A program made the position numbers and the translations under genes. DNA of 64,000 nt, taken from positions 18,259,325 through 18,323,324 of the forward strand of contig NC_057751.1 in NCBI RefSeq assembly GCF_004010195.1, given 5' to 3'. Position 1 is the first letter of the stretch. Every line of letters starts with the position of its first letter. Source of the stretch: Chiloscyllium plagiosum. Its lineage: Eukaryota. Positions 41,215-54,028 of the stretch are shown piece by piece. The notes under the pieces were generated by a model. That model was not told the DNA's origin. It saw nothing but the letters and a program-made list of their open reading frames with translations, and did not search any database.

Positions 41215-41286
41215 TTCCCTAAGTGGAAATCGAACCTGGGCTGTGGTGACTAGAACGCTGAATCCTAACCACTAGGCCACCAGCGA
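41215..41286 (-). pseudogene. tRNA-Glu-derived pseudogene (72 nt)
   Basis: Minus strand TCGCTGGTGGCCTAGTGGTTAGGATTCAGCGTTCTAGTCACCACAGCCCAGGTTCGATTTCCACTTAGGGAA aligns without gaps to vertebrate tRNA-Glu(CTC) as recalled; anticodon and T stems mispaired. Confidence 0.8.
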
Positions 41287-42711
41287 GCTTACTTATGCAG
41301 TAGGGTTCCGAGTTCTCAATCTGCCATGTCCAAGGTAAATGCCAAGAACAAGGCAACGCCAGACTATCAATGATAATCCAATGAACAATCTCTATCTCTT
41401 GCGTTGGGGCAAGGGATGTTTGGAATGCTAGAAGGCGTGGGGAGTTGTTGTAGGAAAGTTGTTTGATAAGATGAGGTAGAAACGTGATAATAGTTTGTAA
41501 GCATTGAAATGGTATTTAGAAGAGCGAGATTCATAAATCACGGTGAGAATCAACTCACGCTGGCACGTGGCAATGATTGCAGCAAACTGAATACAACCTG
41601 TGCTTATCTAAAAAAAAAGACACTTTTCCACCTTAAGGATCTATTAATTGTGCTCAATTAACCATTTCTATTAGCTTCATAGGTCATTTGGTTTAATAGG
41701 CCAAACAAACAAGCAGCACGAATCTGAGATAGTATTTTGGTTTGTGTTGTGATATTAAATTGTAATATTGTCGAACGCCTATTTTGTGGATGGTCTTAGC
41801 TTTAGTTGTTGAATTACTATCACTTGGTATATCAGTTTGACATTTTCAGTTTTCATGGTAGGGTTTTTTAAATACTTATAATTAGCTGAATGCGAGCGTT
41901 TGTGTCAATTTCGTGACCAGGATTGTTTAAAGTGCGAGTTTGTTTCACTGACTATATTCGTGCTTTGAGTTCTACTTTCTGTAGAGCTTATTTCATTTTG
42001 AAACGCATATTACATCGTGGTGTAGCAGTACAATTTATGGAGTTTTCTTTCATTTCGAAAAGATTTTGGAAATCACTGGTAATACTCCAGTCCGTATGTC
42101 CTATTCATAGAAATTGAGCTGAGTATATTTGGAAACCTAATTCATACAAAGCAAAATGATATGAGTAATGTCGTACCTGGAATGGCCCAGTGTTCGTCAA
42201 TTTGTTAAAATGCTTAATTCTTTGACGTATAAACATATCTAAAACCTATCATGTGCTTACCTCAGTGGAAATTGCAGCTTCATCCCATAATGCAAGGATT
42301 TGTTCTTGTTTTGAGATTCCAAAAATGCAAACATTTGCTTTCAGAAAGTATGAAAAACAATCTCAAATCAGAAACTAATTCGATAGCGTTTGAAACAACA
42401 ACAAAAATTGCAGAAAATGTAGGTTCGATTCTAATTTATTTTCCATGATGAGAATTGCCCATTCTTGGACATTTCCAAAGCATAATGTTTTTTTCAACAG
42501 AATTTTCACTGGGATACCGACATCTACTTTGTTTTTGAAATGTAAAACAAATGCAATAATAATTAACTTGAAGGATGTTGCAACTTTAATATCCTCCTGG
42601 AGATTGCACCCTTTATTATTACAGGATTCTGGCATGCATGATTCAGAGATTAATATGAAGATATTGTCCCCAGCACTGACCAACAAAACAGTACGCAAGA
42701 CAAAAATAAAA

Positions 42712-42761
42712 ATGAGAGAAATGTTTCATAGTATCCGAAAAACATGGCACACGGGGGCCTG
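42712..42761 (+). pseudogene. Probable degenerate short exon 1 of the downstream GPCR pseudogene
   Basis: aaaATGAGAGAAATGTTTCATAGTATCCGAAAA (MREMFHSIRK) then GGGCCTG|GTAAGT, the same Pro + phase-1 donor as the intact gene, but out of frame with the ATG. Confidence 0.55.
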
Positions 42762-43579
42762 GTAAGTCATTTTCCATATTGCCCACCTCCTCAACCTTGC
42801 ACCCTCGCTGATCTGTGGTCACGCCTTGGTTTTGATCGTCACCAATGTCTCTCACAGATGACAGAGCAGGAATATAGGATTCTAGAACGAGGTCAACTTT
42901 CCATGTAAACGAATTTCTGACTTCTTCATTGTTTTCATACTTTTATTGGCAATGTGACGTGCTGACCTGGCGCTGATCATTTCAACGAGAGCTGATGCTT
43001 CATCGTCGATGCTAAAATTATCAGATTTCAGGGCTTTTATACTGATTCAAATGTGAAAATGTCTCCTTTTTTGAATTTAAACGATTAGGAACCTATCCAT
43101 TCATTATTTGCCAGAATATCCTGCATCGTCAAATCAGACTTCATGACTAACACTTCGCTGAGGGAAGGCCCAAACTACGGGTCATTGTAGAATTGTGTTG
43201 ACTATGTAAACCAGAGTGACCATATGCTTGTGGCTTTATGCCAAATGCCGGCCACCAATCGAATTGGAATCTCAATGACCTCCCTCTGTATGATATTACT
43301 TAGTGTGCCTGCAATGAAAAGATTCAGTTGAACTTCAAATGATTATTTCAGGAAAGTGAGTCATCAACTCTATTTCTTTTCGTTCTTAAGAAAGAAAAAA
43401 GAAAAGTGCTTTCAAAGTGGAAGAGCTTTTTTTGTCAGTCCTGAAGATATTTGACAGTAGGTGTAGTGTGATATTGTTCAGTTCAGAGTGCATTGAACCA
43501 AGCAGAGTCCAACATTGACAATTCATGTGTTGTGCAGCAGAATTGAATGGTTACATATGAAACAACAAATTAAAGCTGG

Positions 43580-44110
43580 CATTAAAAATAAAATTTAAAA
43601 ATGCCGTATAATCTGAACAGGCTTGGCACCATTGGAAAAGGAAAAAACAAAGTTAATATTTTGAGTCTAATATGATTCGATTGTGTTACATCTCTCTGAC
43701 TTTGAAATCAGTTTGCAGCCATTGGGACTTCATGTTCAATGCCGCATTTTCAAAGAATAACGTTTGTCCTTCATCACCTTCACCCTGCCATCTTTTCCCA
43801 TTTATCCTTTGTGTCTGTTTGAATTTTTCCTTAGCATAGATACAATTACTTATTTTCATATCCATCTTACAAGTCTGTAACACCTTTTATTCATTTTTCT
43901 CTTTTCTTTGCACCCTCCCATCTCTTCCACCCCTTCCTGTTTGGCATCGTGAAAAATAACAGTCTGCTTCATACCTGGGTGATATCTGAATGTGAAATCT
44001 GTTTCTTTTCTCACAGACGCAGCGCAAAATGCTGCATACTTAATTTGCATTTTCCGTTCTTGATTCAGGTTTCAAGCATCTGAAGCAGTTTATTTTATAT
44101 TTTTTCCTTT
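43580..44110. mobile_element. Old PLE-derived fragment with inverted termini
   Basis: aaaatgccgtataatctgaacaggcttggcacc..ggaaaaaacaaagttaa is loosely inverted to tctgtttcttttctcacagacgcagc..gcattttccgtt. Confidence 0.4.
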
Positions 44111-44469
44111 GTGTGAATCATTGCAAGAATGACAACACGAAAGCATTTTTCAAACGGTAACAATGTTTTCATGAAGGGAAAGGAGAGGAATATTTAGATG
44201 TTACCTGACAGCAATGTATGAAATAAAGAAGTTATTTTTAATGGATTGTAATATGTAATATTGCATCCATATTACACATTTCCCACGATATTATCATTTT
44301 TTTAACAACTCTTTGATGTACGGATTCACCACTTGCTTTAGCTCTCGAACTCATTCGCTGTGATTACACTTCAATGCGTTCATCACCAGATTGTTGTTAT
44401 TAATGATCTGCGAGGGTGCATAACTGAAACGTTGCTTTGACATATCAAAATATTTATGATGCTAAGACT

Positions 44470-45440
44470 TTTGTTATTTGTTATTTAGATAAATGATCTG
44501 GATGTGAATGTGCAAAGCAGGTTTAGTAGGTTTGTGTATGATAAAAAAAATCGAGTTATCGTTGATAGCGAGGAATATTATTAAAAATTTACAGAGGAAA
44601 CTTGACCAGATAGAGAAATGCGTTGAGGATTAGCAAATGGAATTCAATGCAGAGACGTGTGAGATGATTTTTTTTTACAAAGTCAAACGACGGTAGGACT
44701 TGTCTCGTAAGTGGTAACGTCTGAGGTGTGTTGTGGAACTGAGGGAACGAGGGGTTCAAGCACATAGCTCGTTGAAAGTGGCGTCACAGGCCGATAGGGT
44801 GGTGAAGAAGCCATTTATCATGCTGGCATCATCAGTCGAGATATCGACGATGTCGAAGAGTTGGGATATCACCTTCAAGTCGTCTAAGTCGTTGTTGAGA
44901 CTGCACTTGGACTATTGTGTACAGTTTTAGCCACACTGTTATAAGAAAGAAATAGTTAAACTGGAAAGAGAATAAAGAAGATTTACAAGAATTTTGCCAG
45001 GACGAGTAGGCCTCAGTTGTCGAGAGAACGTGGCCATTATAGGACTCTATTCCATGGAACCTAGGAGAATGAGGGGTGACCACACTGAGGTGCATAAAAA
45101 TCATGGCGGGCATTGATGGGATGAATGTAAGTTGTCTTTGTTTTGCCTGAGATGGGAAATGAAATCTAGAAAACACAGTTTAAAGTGTCTTCTAGAGGAA
45201 GATCTAGGGAGGGCGACGGGCAGTTATTCATGTGGAGACTGCTGCGTAAATGGAATATGCTGTCAGGGAAATTGGTTGAGGCAGGAACAATATTATTATT
45301 TGTTTAAATTGGATACGTTCATGGATGGGAAGGTTTTATGGATCAATGCGAGCAATTGGATCTAGCTGAGTTGGCACCATGGCCAGCATAGAGCAGTTGG
45401 GGTGAGGGGCCCGTTTCAATGTTTTGCTACTCTCCAAATC
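44470..45440 (+). mobile_element. CR1 RT C-terminus to 3' end
   Basis: INDLDVN, GVQAHSSLKVASQADRVVKK, LHLDYCVQF. Confidence 0.85.
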
Positions 45441-46216
45441 TATGATTGCAATTTTCCCTTCAGTGTTCCTAACGTAAGTCATAATGGCGTGGTTTGCTTT
45501 GCTTTAATCCATGTTTCTCAGTAATTTCTTTTCTGAAATCCCGCTTGCATTTTGTGTTTCACCTATGCTTTAACTGCAGTCACAAATTGTTCACATCTCT
45601 AAATGTTGAAGTCGTGCATCTTCTAGTTGTCTATGGCTTACTTTTCAAGATCCCATCAAGATTTCCACAGTCCTATGCGATAGTTACTTATAATGTCATT
45701 TCAATTCTTGGTATTATGTCAGTTGTTCGATTGTCTGTTGGCATTCTTCATCTTCTATTATCCCTGTTTATCAGTATCTCGTGATGGTTCTAGTACCTCC
45801 TTCGACTTTGTTGTGCAGGAATGTAATCTTTCTGGTTTAGAGCTCTTGTCATTTTTGATTTTTTCAATCAATTATCTGCCAATTCCACATAAACTGTTTC
45901 AACGGTTTTTGGTGAACGTAAGCAAGTATTATTGGCGGTTTATCTTTGTCTCCCAGCATTTTTTTCACACTCAGTTATTATCCATCCTTCGCTTCAAACA
46001 TTACTTTTAAACAGCTGGCTGAGCTCACTTTCTTCGGCTCGCTAAAGCTCACTTGCAATTCTACCTACATCAGTAGAGTTTATCATATTTCTTGTCGAAT
46101 AAACGAGTCCTTAAAATTAAAACGGATAGAACCATTCCTGAACACAAGAAGGGCATTCAGAATGGAATTTAGCCTGGAGTACGTTTGACTAGCATTATTT
46201 CACTCGGGTTTTGCAA

Positions 46217-47124
46217 CTAATTTTATGGCCTTTGTCATTCTTTCCCGTGGTAAGTGCGGACTCTCTACCTGTACCTCTTGATCCCTAGTGGCCATGGCAG
46301 TGGCAGAACTATTGATTATGATATTTGATATCATGATAAGGGAAATCAATTTTTTACTATTTCCCAGGATTTTATGAATAACACTTACGTCGGTACTGGC
46401 TTTACTGTATGTACTCATGTGTCCACAGTCTGGTTAGTCTGATTCAATGTGACTTTCAGTTTTGATCGATTTATTGCGTTTTTTTTTTGTCAGAAGCTTA
46501 AAAGTAAATACAGCACTGAGAAAACCGCAGCCATCATGCTTTCAAAAATTGGCGCCGTGCTCTGTTAAAGGACTGGTCTAATCTACTTTTTAATTGATCC
46601 AGGAGGAAAGAAGAAATCAACAGCGTACCATCGCTCTGTAAGATGAAACCAAGCTTTTACACGAAGCACTTATGGGTGCAATCTGACTGGTTTGAAGCTT
46701 TAAAACCATTGCTACTATTCGTATTAGTTCCGTTGTTGAATGTTCTGACAGTCAACAATATTTTATTAGCCCGTCGAATTCGTAAGGGTCTTGAACATCA
46801 GAGTATTGGATCAAATCGCAGCGACTCAGAAATGAAGACAAGAAGGAAGGCCATCGTGTAACTCTTACTATGTCCTGCAACTTCAAAGTTTTATGTTTGA
46901 TGCATGTCCTGCACTTCTTATATTATACAATTACATGAATTACTCTGAGTTACTAAACCAGCAACGTCTTTATTTTTAAAGGAGTTGGTATTATGTGACG
47001 ACTTTATTGCACAAACGTATTTTTTTCTACAGTGACTCAGTCCAAATTCAGGGAGCAACTTATAAAAGCAATGGTGTATCCATTTAAACAAATTATTTTG
47101 TGCATTGAAGATAAAAATAAATAA
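46217..47124 (+). pseudogene. GPR139/142-like GPCR exon 2 pseudogene
   Basis: Acceptor position reads ttttgcaa|CTAAT (no AG); NFMAFVILSRGKCGLSTCTS*SLVAMAVAELL, FSFDRFIA, PLLLFVLVPLLNVLTVNNILLA, SEMKTRRKAIV, TQSKFREQLIKA; stops and frameshifts. Confidence 0.9.
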
Positions 47125-48419
47125 ACATTTTCCATATCGTGTCTGCATATGTCCAGTTGTTGGATCTAATATTTGGGCTATTCTTCAAACAAATAAACAG
47201 TGTGGCATGTGGAACGGCTAAACGAATGATGTCACAAACTCTGTAAATGCAACATGGCATTATTTTCAAATTAGAGTTCTGACAGAGATACTCCGTGCAG
47301 GTTCAGTTCAACTGTTTAAGGCAAAACACATGTTTTTGCTGCAAAGAAGTATCCTTGCCATGAGACAACAAATAGAGGTGGCTTAGAATTGATTGCACCA
47401 TACATTATATGAAGAAATTGGTCATTCGAATGGATTTCAGAACCTTCCTGTGGTGCAAAATCCACATTTTAATTACATACTGAGAAAAGCATATTCCTGC
47501 ATCGAGACTCTGAGGAGTACATCTTATCATCCAAACCCCAGCTTTGGCTGTTGCCTCATTCAGAATACCTCATCCATGTACAATCCACTCTAAAACTTGA
47601 AGGAAATCTCTTAGTTTGACTCTAGTTGTATCATTACGGAGTTTTTAACAAAAACAAACACTTTCCATTTTCCTGACTGTCGAGTTCTCTAATTTCTGAT
47701 AAAATCCATCCAACAGTAACATCAAAAATATTGAATGCTTTTTACTACTCGGAACTCAGTTTTTCACTTAATGGCATAAATCCACTTCCCTGATAAATTT
47801 CAAGAGGTTGAATGATGACTGTTCACAACGCTGTATTTGGATTGTGTTACTGGCAGCAGACATGACACACAACGAATGTGACCTCAGTTCAAATCTGCAG
47901 GCCAATGAGTTTGAACCGATATGCGTGATGGTTCTGTGCCTTTCAGATTTGTGTGGTGTCCTGTTTCTCTTTCAGATGTGCATTGTGACAATAGTGCAAA
48001 AATTTCGAATCCAGGCAAGCAGTTGCGAACACTTCTCTTCATAAAAGGGTGGACTCAAGATCAGCCAGATTCCTTCAGTTTTGGCTTTCAGTTCCGTTGA
48101 GTTGGAGTTTGTTGACTGGATGATGAAGCTAAAAGGTTAAGCTCTCTGTTGCTTTTGAAAAGTCTGACTCGGAAAGGCTTACTGTTTGGAATCAAAATGG
48201 GCAAATGTTGGTCCCGTCTTTTGGCATTTAGTACAATAGCACGTGAGACCAAAGCTGTTCTCTTGAATTGCCTTTGCCAAAGGTTTGGTTATTGGGTGAT
48301 GCTATAATGGAACAGTTGAATATGGTTAAATATTACATTACCTTGTTCAGTAAGAAATGAGTTATGAGAAAGCAAGTGAACATATGACAAGTGAGCCTGT
48401 CATCAGTGATGAGTAATGT

Positions 48420-49440
48420 ATTGGATATCGTTCTGTTGGGTAGGACTTACATGCATTTGGACAGGGAATGATTGATTAGGGAGAGGCAACATTGCACCGC
48501 TCATGGAAAATCATGCCTTCAACAAAGGTCAGCGCGGTAGACTGGTTAGTAAGGTTAGATCACATAGACTACAGGGCAAACTATCCAATTTGCATGTACA
48601 ATTGGCTCGAAGATAGGAGATAGAGAGCGATGGTGGAGGATTGCGTTTCAGACTGCAAGTCTGTACACAGCAGTGTGTCAGGAGTGATGCTGGGTCCAAT
48701 GCGTTTTGTTATCTGTATAAATGTTTTGAATGCAAATTTAGGAGGTATCATTCCGTAAGTTTGCAGATGACAACAGAACTGGTGGTGCGGTGGACAAGAA
48801 AGAAGGCTACTGCCGAGTACATTGCGATCTTGACTGGATGGGACAATGGACCAAAGAATGGCAACTGGCATTTAATTTAGATAAATGTGAAGTGCTGCAT
48901 TTTACCAAGGCAAATCAGGGCAGGGCTTATGTAATAAATGGCAAATAAATGCGGAGTGTTGACGAACAGAGATCTTGGTGTTGATGCTCATATTTCCTTG
49001 AAAGTGAACTCATTTGTAGACATGTTACTGAAGGAGGCATTGGATACCCTTGCATTTATTTGTAATTGCATTGAGCATAAGTACTGGGAAGTCATATTAC
49101 AGCTTTACAGGACATTTGTGAAGCCACTTTTAAAATACTGCGAGCAGATGCGACCTCCCCTTCTATAAGAAAGATGTTGTGAAACCTGAAAGGACTCAGA
49201 GAAGATGTACAAGTTTGTTGCCAGGGTTGGAGGATTTGAGCAATAGGGCAGACTGGGGATGTTTTCGCTGGTGGGTCTGAGAATGTGGAGTTGAACTTCT
49301 TAAAGTTTGTAAAATCATGAGGGGCATTGTTAGAGTGAATGGTCAAGGTCTATTCCCGAGGACAGGAGATACCAAAACTAAATGGCATAGGTTGAAGGTG
49401 AGAGGAGAATGATTTAAAAGGTATCTGAGGGATAATATTT
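48420..49440 (+). mobile_element. CR1 RT to 3' region
   Basis: aagtttgcagatgacaac (FADD), RDLGVDAHISLKV, LQLYRTFVKPLLKYC. Confidence 0.85.
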
Positions 49441-49502
49441 CATGCATGTTCTTCAAGTTGGGCATGCTTAGAAGAGGATTTGACGTCAGGTTATAATGAA
49501 CC

Positions 49503-49878
49503 AGGAGGAAGTGAGGACTGCAGATGCAGTAGACGAGAGTCAAAAATTGTTGCACTTGAAAGGCACAGCCGCTCTCGCAGCATGAGTGGAGCAAGAGCAT
49601 TGACGCTTCGAGCATAAGCTCTTCATCGTCCAAGGATGCCCAAGACGTTCTCCTCCTCCCACAAAAAGGATCTCAGTGAGTCTCACTCTCTCACTGCCCC
49701 CAGCCTCACTCCCCTGCCATTTATTTCTCAGTCCCCTTGCCACCCACTCCCTCACATTCCTGATGAATAGGTGATGCTCTGAACGCCGATGCTCCTGCTC
49801 ATCGGATGCTGTCTGAAGGACTGTGCTTTTCCAGCAGCCACATTTTGATTCTGACCTCCAACATCTGCAGTCCTCACT
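49503..49878. mobile_element. PLE-derived inverted-repeat element with ~125-bp spacer
   Basis: gtgaggactgcagatg...cttcatc / attcctgatgaa...catctgcagtcctcact. Confidence 0.75.
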
Positions 49879-49948
49879 ACATCAGACGAAGGGGCTGCAG
49901 CAAGTGCAACTCTTTAACCGTGCGATGGCGAGAGTTCAATGATCACAT

Positions 49949-50165
49949 CGAGTCAGTGAGGTCTGCAGATGCTGGAGATCATAGATGAGCGCGTGTTTCT
50001 GGAAAAGCATAACAGGTCAAGCAGCATACGAGAATCAGGAAAATTGACGTTTCAGGCGGGAGCTCTTCATCAGGAATCTTGAATGGGTCCTGCTTGAGAC
50101 GTCGATTTTCCTGCTCCTCGAATGCTGCCTGACCTGCTGTGCTTTTCTGGCAACACACTCTCAAC
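49949..50165. mobile_element. PLE-derived fold-back insert
   Basis: Arms around ctcttcatcaggaatc; flanks TTCAATGATCACAT (49935-49948) / TTCAATGTCCACAT (50166-50179). Confidence 0.75.
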
Positions 50166-51019
50166 TTCAATGTCCACATGTTCATGTGTGGGTGACGGGA
50201 AATTTCGGTCAGAAAAGGGAAAGCTGGGTGGCAAGTGAAATTAAGCGTTCAAGCAGACAAGAAGAGGAATGGCTCACATACAGGCAGCTGGGAATACGGG
50301 AAACCTGGTGGTACATGGAGATACGGAGTTAACTGGAAAAAGAAAGTTTGGCGAAAACGGGGCGTGCCATGACTCAAGGGTTCAACTTACAGGCAGAGTT
50401 TGGATAATCTGGGACAGTTAGTTTTTCAAATCATAGGTGACATCAGGGGAATATTTTAGCAGTGTATATAATCATGAGAGGCAAGGATAGGGTGAATGCA
50501 CTCAGTCATTTTCCTTGGCTTGGGAAATCGAGGATGAGAGGGCATCAGATTAATTTTAGAGGTGGAAGAATAAAAGGGAACCTGAGTGATAAAGTCCTTT
50601 TCACAGACGGCGATACACGTCTGAAATAGAAATAAGTCGCCAAAGTAATTGGTTGAGGTGGGTAGATTAACAACATTTAAAAGGCATTTATACCAATTAA
50701 TGGACAAGGGCGTTTTAGACAGTTATGGGCCAGGAACAGATAAATGGGGCTAAACACATCACTTTGGAAATTGCTCCGAAGACATCCTATCAATTATACT
50801 CTTCCACTCCGAAGTTTATTTCCAGATGTCTTCCAAATCCTTCCTATCGCTTTGTGAATTACCCCTTTTTTGCGCGATCAATCACTCCCTGTCATATTGA
50901 AAATTATCCAATGTCAGTCTGTCAATGGCTGCCTTACACTCTATTACGCCAGTGACGTTCCCTGAATCACTCTGTATCATTCTTTGCTTTGCCCCCGTGC
51001 TTTCCTACTACTTATCGGG

Positions 51020-53150
51020 TGGGAGAGTTGTGTTACTGATTAGGGATCACATCATAGCTGTGTTGACAGAGGTCACATCAGAGGGATCTTGTGAGGCTTT
51101 ATGGGTGCAGCTCATAAATAGGAATGGTGAACTCACAATGTTGAGTGTGGTCTGTGCACGTCCCAGCAGCTCATGGGACAGAAAGGAGCAGATATGTGAT
51201 GAGATGGGAGAAAGTTGTGAAGAGAACAGGGTGGATGTGTTGGGAGACTTCAAGTTTTCTCTTAATGACTTGAACTCGGATGAAGAGAAATTTGTTACGT
51301 GCGCCTAGGAGGGCTTTTTGAGACCATATATTCATAATCCAACCACGGAGGATTCCATAGCAAACTTGATATTAGACAATGAGCCAGGTGATCAACGGTT
51401 TCAATGCAAGAGTAGGTTTAGGCTTCGTGAGCAAATATCCATAATAGACAATTACCAGAGTGATCCTCGGGTGAGGATGCTTAGTTGTGCAAGGGCCAAT
51501 TACACCCTAATTTAACAGGAACTGGAGAATATGGTTTTGGAACATTTACTTGAGAGAAAGTCTACATTTGGCATGTGGGAGGTTTTCAAAACCAATTGAT
51601 TAAAGTGCAGGGCAAAGCTGAAGAAAAAAGATGGCAGTGTTGAAGAACTATTGATGACAAGTGAAATTGTAAAATTAGTCAAATGAAGAAAGACGCATAC
51701 CAAAGATCCAAGCAGCTACAAACTGACGAGTCCTTTGGGGAGTACAGAGAAATTAGGAAGGAAATTAAGCGCAGAATTAGGAAGGCTGAGAGGGGGCATG
51801 AAATGCCTTTGGCAAGCAAGGTCAAGGTGAATTTCAAGGCATTTTATGTGTAAATTAGAAGAAAGAGTATAGCAAAGGGAAAAAAAGGCCTAATTAAAGA
51901 GAAAGGAAGGAAGCTATGCGTGGCGCCTCAGACTGGGGAGACGTTGTTACTGAATACTTTATATTGGGATTCAGTCAGGAGACGGATATGACTGATGTTA
52001 AAATCAAGATTGCTTTTGTTCATGCTCTAGTGGATATCAAAATGTTGAAGAAGGAAGTTTTCGGCATCATAAATTGTATTAATGTGGAAAAGTTTAAAGG
52101 ACTAGATGGTATCTATGCCTTTTTCATGCGTGAGGCAAGGTAAGAAATAGTTTGGGCATTAGCAGATATCTTCAAACTCTCTTTGAACACAGGCGAGTTT
52201 CCAGAGGACTGGAAATTGACCAAAGTTGTTTCCTGGTTGAAGACAGGAAATAGAGATAATCCAGGAAATTACAGGCAAGTGAGCCTGAGCGTGGAATTGA
52301 TGGTAGTTCTGATGACTGTGAAAGGATGCAATACAATAAGAATGCAGATTGGCTACCTGGTCTCAGAAATTAAAGATGAATTTAGAGAATGTAGAGGTGA
52401 TGCATTTTTTGAGGAACAAATTTAGATGTGAATTATACTGTGAATGGCACTGCCCTTATGAACATAAATTTGGAGTTGGATCTGAGCGTGCAGGTCCACA
52501 GTGCCTAAAAGTGGCAATGCAATTGACCAAGGTGATGTAGACGGGATATGGTATATTTGCCTTCATGAACTGAGGCATGGACTACAAGTGTTGGGAAACC
52601 ACGTTGCCGCTACACAAAACCCTTGTAAGGCCATATTTGGATTTTTGAGTGCCGTTTTGGTCTCGACACTACCAGAAGCACGTAGAAAATTTGGAGAGAG
52701 TGAACAGAGGATTTACCAGGATGTAGCCTGGTATTGAGGGCATCGCCTACGAGTGAAGCTTAAAATGACTGAGATTGTTTTCACGGGAAAAGCGACAGCT
52801 GGGAGGAGACTTGACAGAGGTCTACAAACATTATGAGACCCCTACAGAGTGTTGACGTTTTAACTGCAAGGGGGCACACGTTCAAGTTAAGAAGGGAAAG
52901 TTTAAGGGAGATGTGCACGGCAAGATTTTCCTGTAAAGTGTGGCAAGAGCCTGGAACGCACTGCCAGAGTAGCCGGTACAAGCAGGCAAGGTGGCGGTAT
53001 TTAAGAGGCATCTGGATGTTTACATGAGGAGGAAGGTATAGAGAGATATGGATCGAGCAAAAACAGAATTTATGATTTCTTTTAGCTTATGTAGGGCACA
53101 ATGATCGGTCTAGGTTTGGAGGGCCAAACTGTACTTATACTTTGTTCTTG
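51020..53150 (+). mobile_element. CR1 ORF2 (endonuclease, internally deleted RT) to 3' end
   Basis: GGRVVLLIR, EALWVQL, VLGDFKF, EDWKLTKVV..GNRDNPGNYRQVSL, RGHTFKLRR. Confidence 0.85.
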
Positions 53151-53459
53151 TTTTCCATTTTTTTTGCCTCTCACTGACAAATGTCACCATGACGCCAAAT
53201 CACACATTCCCCTACCTATGAAAATTATTGCCATGACGTTCTATCTTACACTGTGCAAATTATTCATGTGACATCGTCCAATGACTAATTAATAGTTTGA
53301 ACCTGCCACATGACATAAATCTGTAAATTACCTCCATCACATCCCGTAATTCACTCCTTAACACTCCATAAGTCCTAATTTCTATCGTGTAAGACTTTTT
53401 AAAATTTCATTCATAAGAATGCTGTGTATATTCAGGAGTAATGCAGCTAGTCAACCCAC

Positions 53460-53778
53460 TCGGCTTTAAGCAAAACAGAACCAGGACAGAACCCCACTGG
53501 TCCTCACCTACCACCCCACCAACCTCCAGATACATCGTATCATCCTTCGTCATTTCCACCACCTCCAAACAGATCCCACCACCAAGGATATATTTCCCTC
53601 CCCACCCCTATCAGCATTCTGGAAAGACCACTCCCTCCGTGACTCCCTCGTCAGGTCCACACCCCGCACCAACACAACCTCCACTCCCGGCACTTTCCTC
53701 TGCAACCGCAAGAAATGCAAAACTTGCACCCACACCTCCCCCTCACTTCCTTCCAAGGCCCCAAGGGATCATTCCATA
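53460..53778 (+). mobile_element. Penelope-like element ORF fragment (linker before GIY-YIG, Cys motif)
   Basis: One frame reads PLVLTYHPTNLQIHRIILRHFHHLQTDPTTKDIFPSPPLSAFWKDHSLRDSLVRS..PGTFLCNRKKCKTCTH. Confidence 0.85.
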
Positions 53779-53801
53779 AAAACAACAATGCCAGTAATGA
53801 A

Positions 53802-54028
53802 GCTGAAAAATGTGTTGCTGGAAAAGTGCAGCAGGTCAGGCAGCATCCAAGGAGCAGGAGAATCGACGTTTCGGGCATAAGCCCTTCTTCAGGAATGATT
53901 CCTGAAGAAGGGCTTATACCCAAAACGTCGATACTCCTGCTCCTTGGATGGTGCCTGACCTGCTGCGCTTTTCCAGCAACACATTTTTCAGCTCTGATCT
54001 CCAGCATCTGCAGTCCTCACTTCCTCCT
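53802..54028. mobile_element. PLE-derived palindromic insert with a hammerhead-like core in each arm and a perfect 15-bp TSD
   Basis: ~95-bp arms centred on 53897 (AGGAAT G ATTCCT); AATGCCAGTAATGAA at 53787-53801 and 54029-54043. Confidence 0.9.

Noticed and set aside
41215..41286. Apparent amber-suppressor tRNA (anticodon position reads CTA)
   Set aside because: Only 2 of 5 anticodon-stem pairs remain and the T stem is also mispaired; it is a decayed tRNA-Glu copy
47983..48390. Possible solo LTR (TGTGACA...ATGACA); similar impressions at ~4977-5706 and ~6860-7270
   Set aside because: No partner LTR, PBS or TSD could be confirmed by eye
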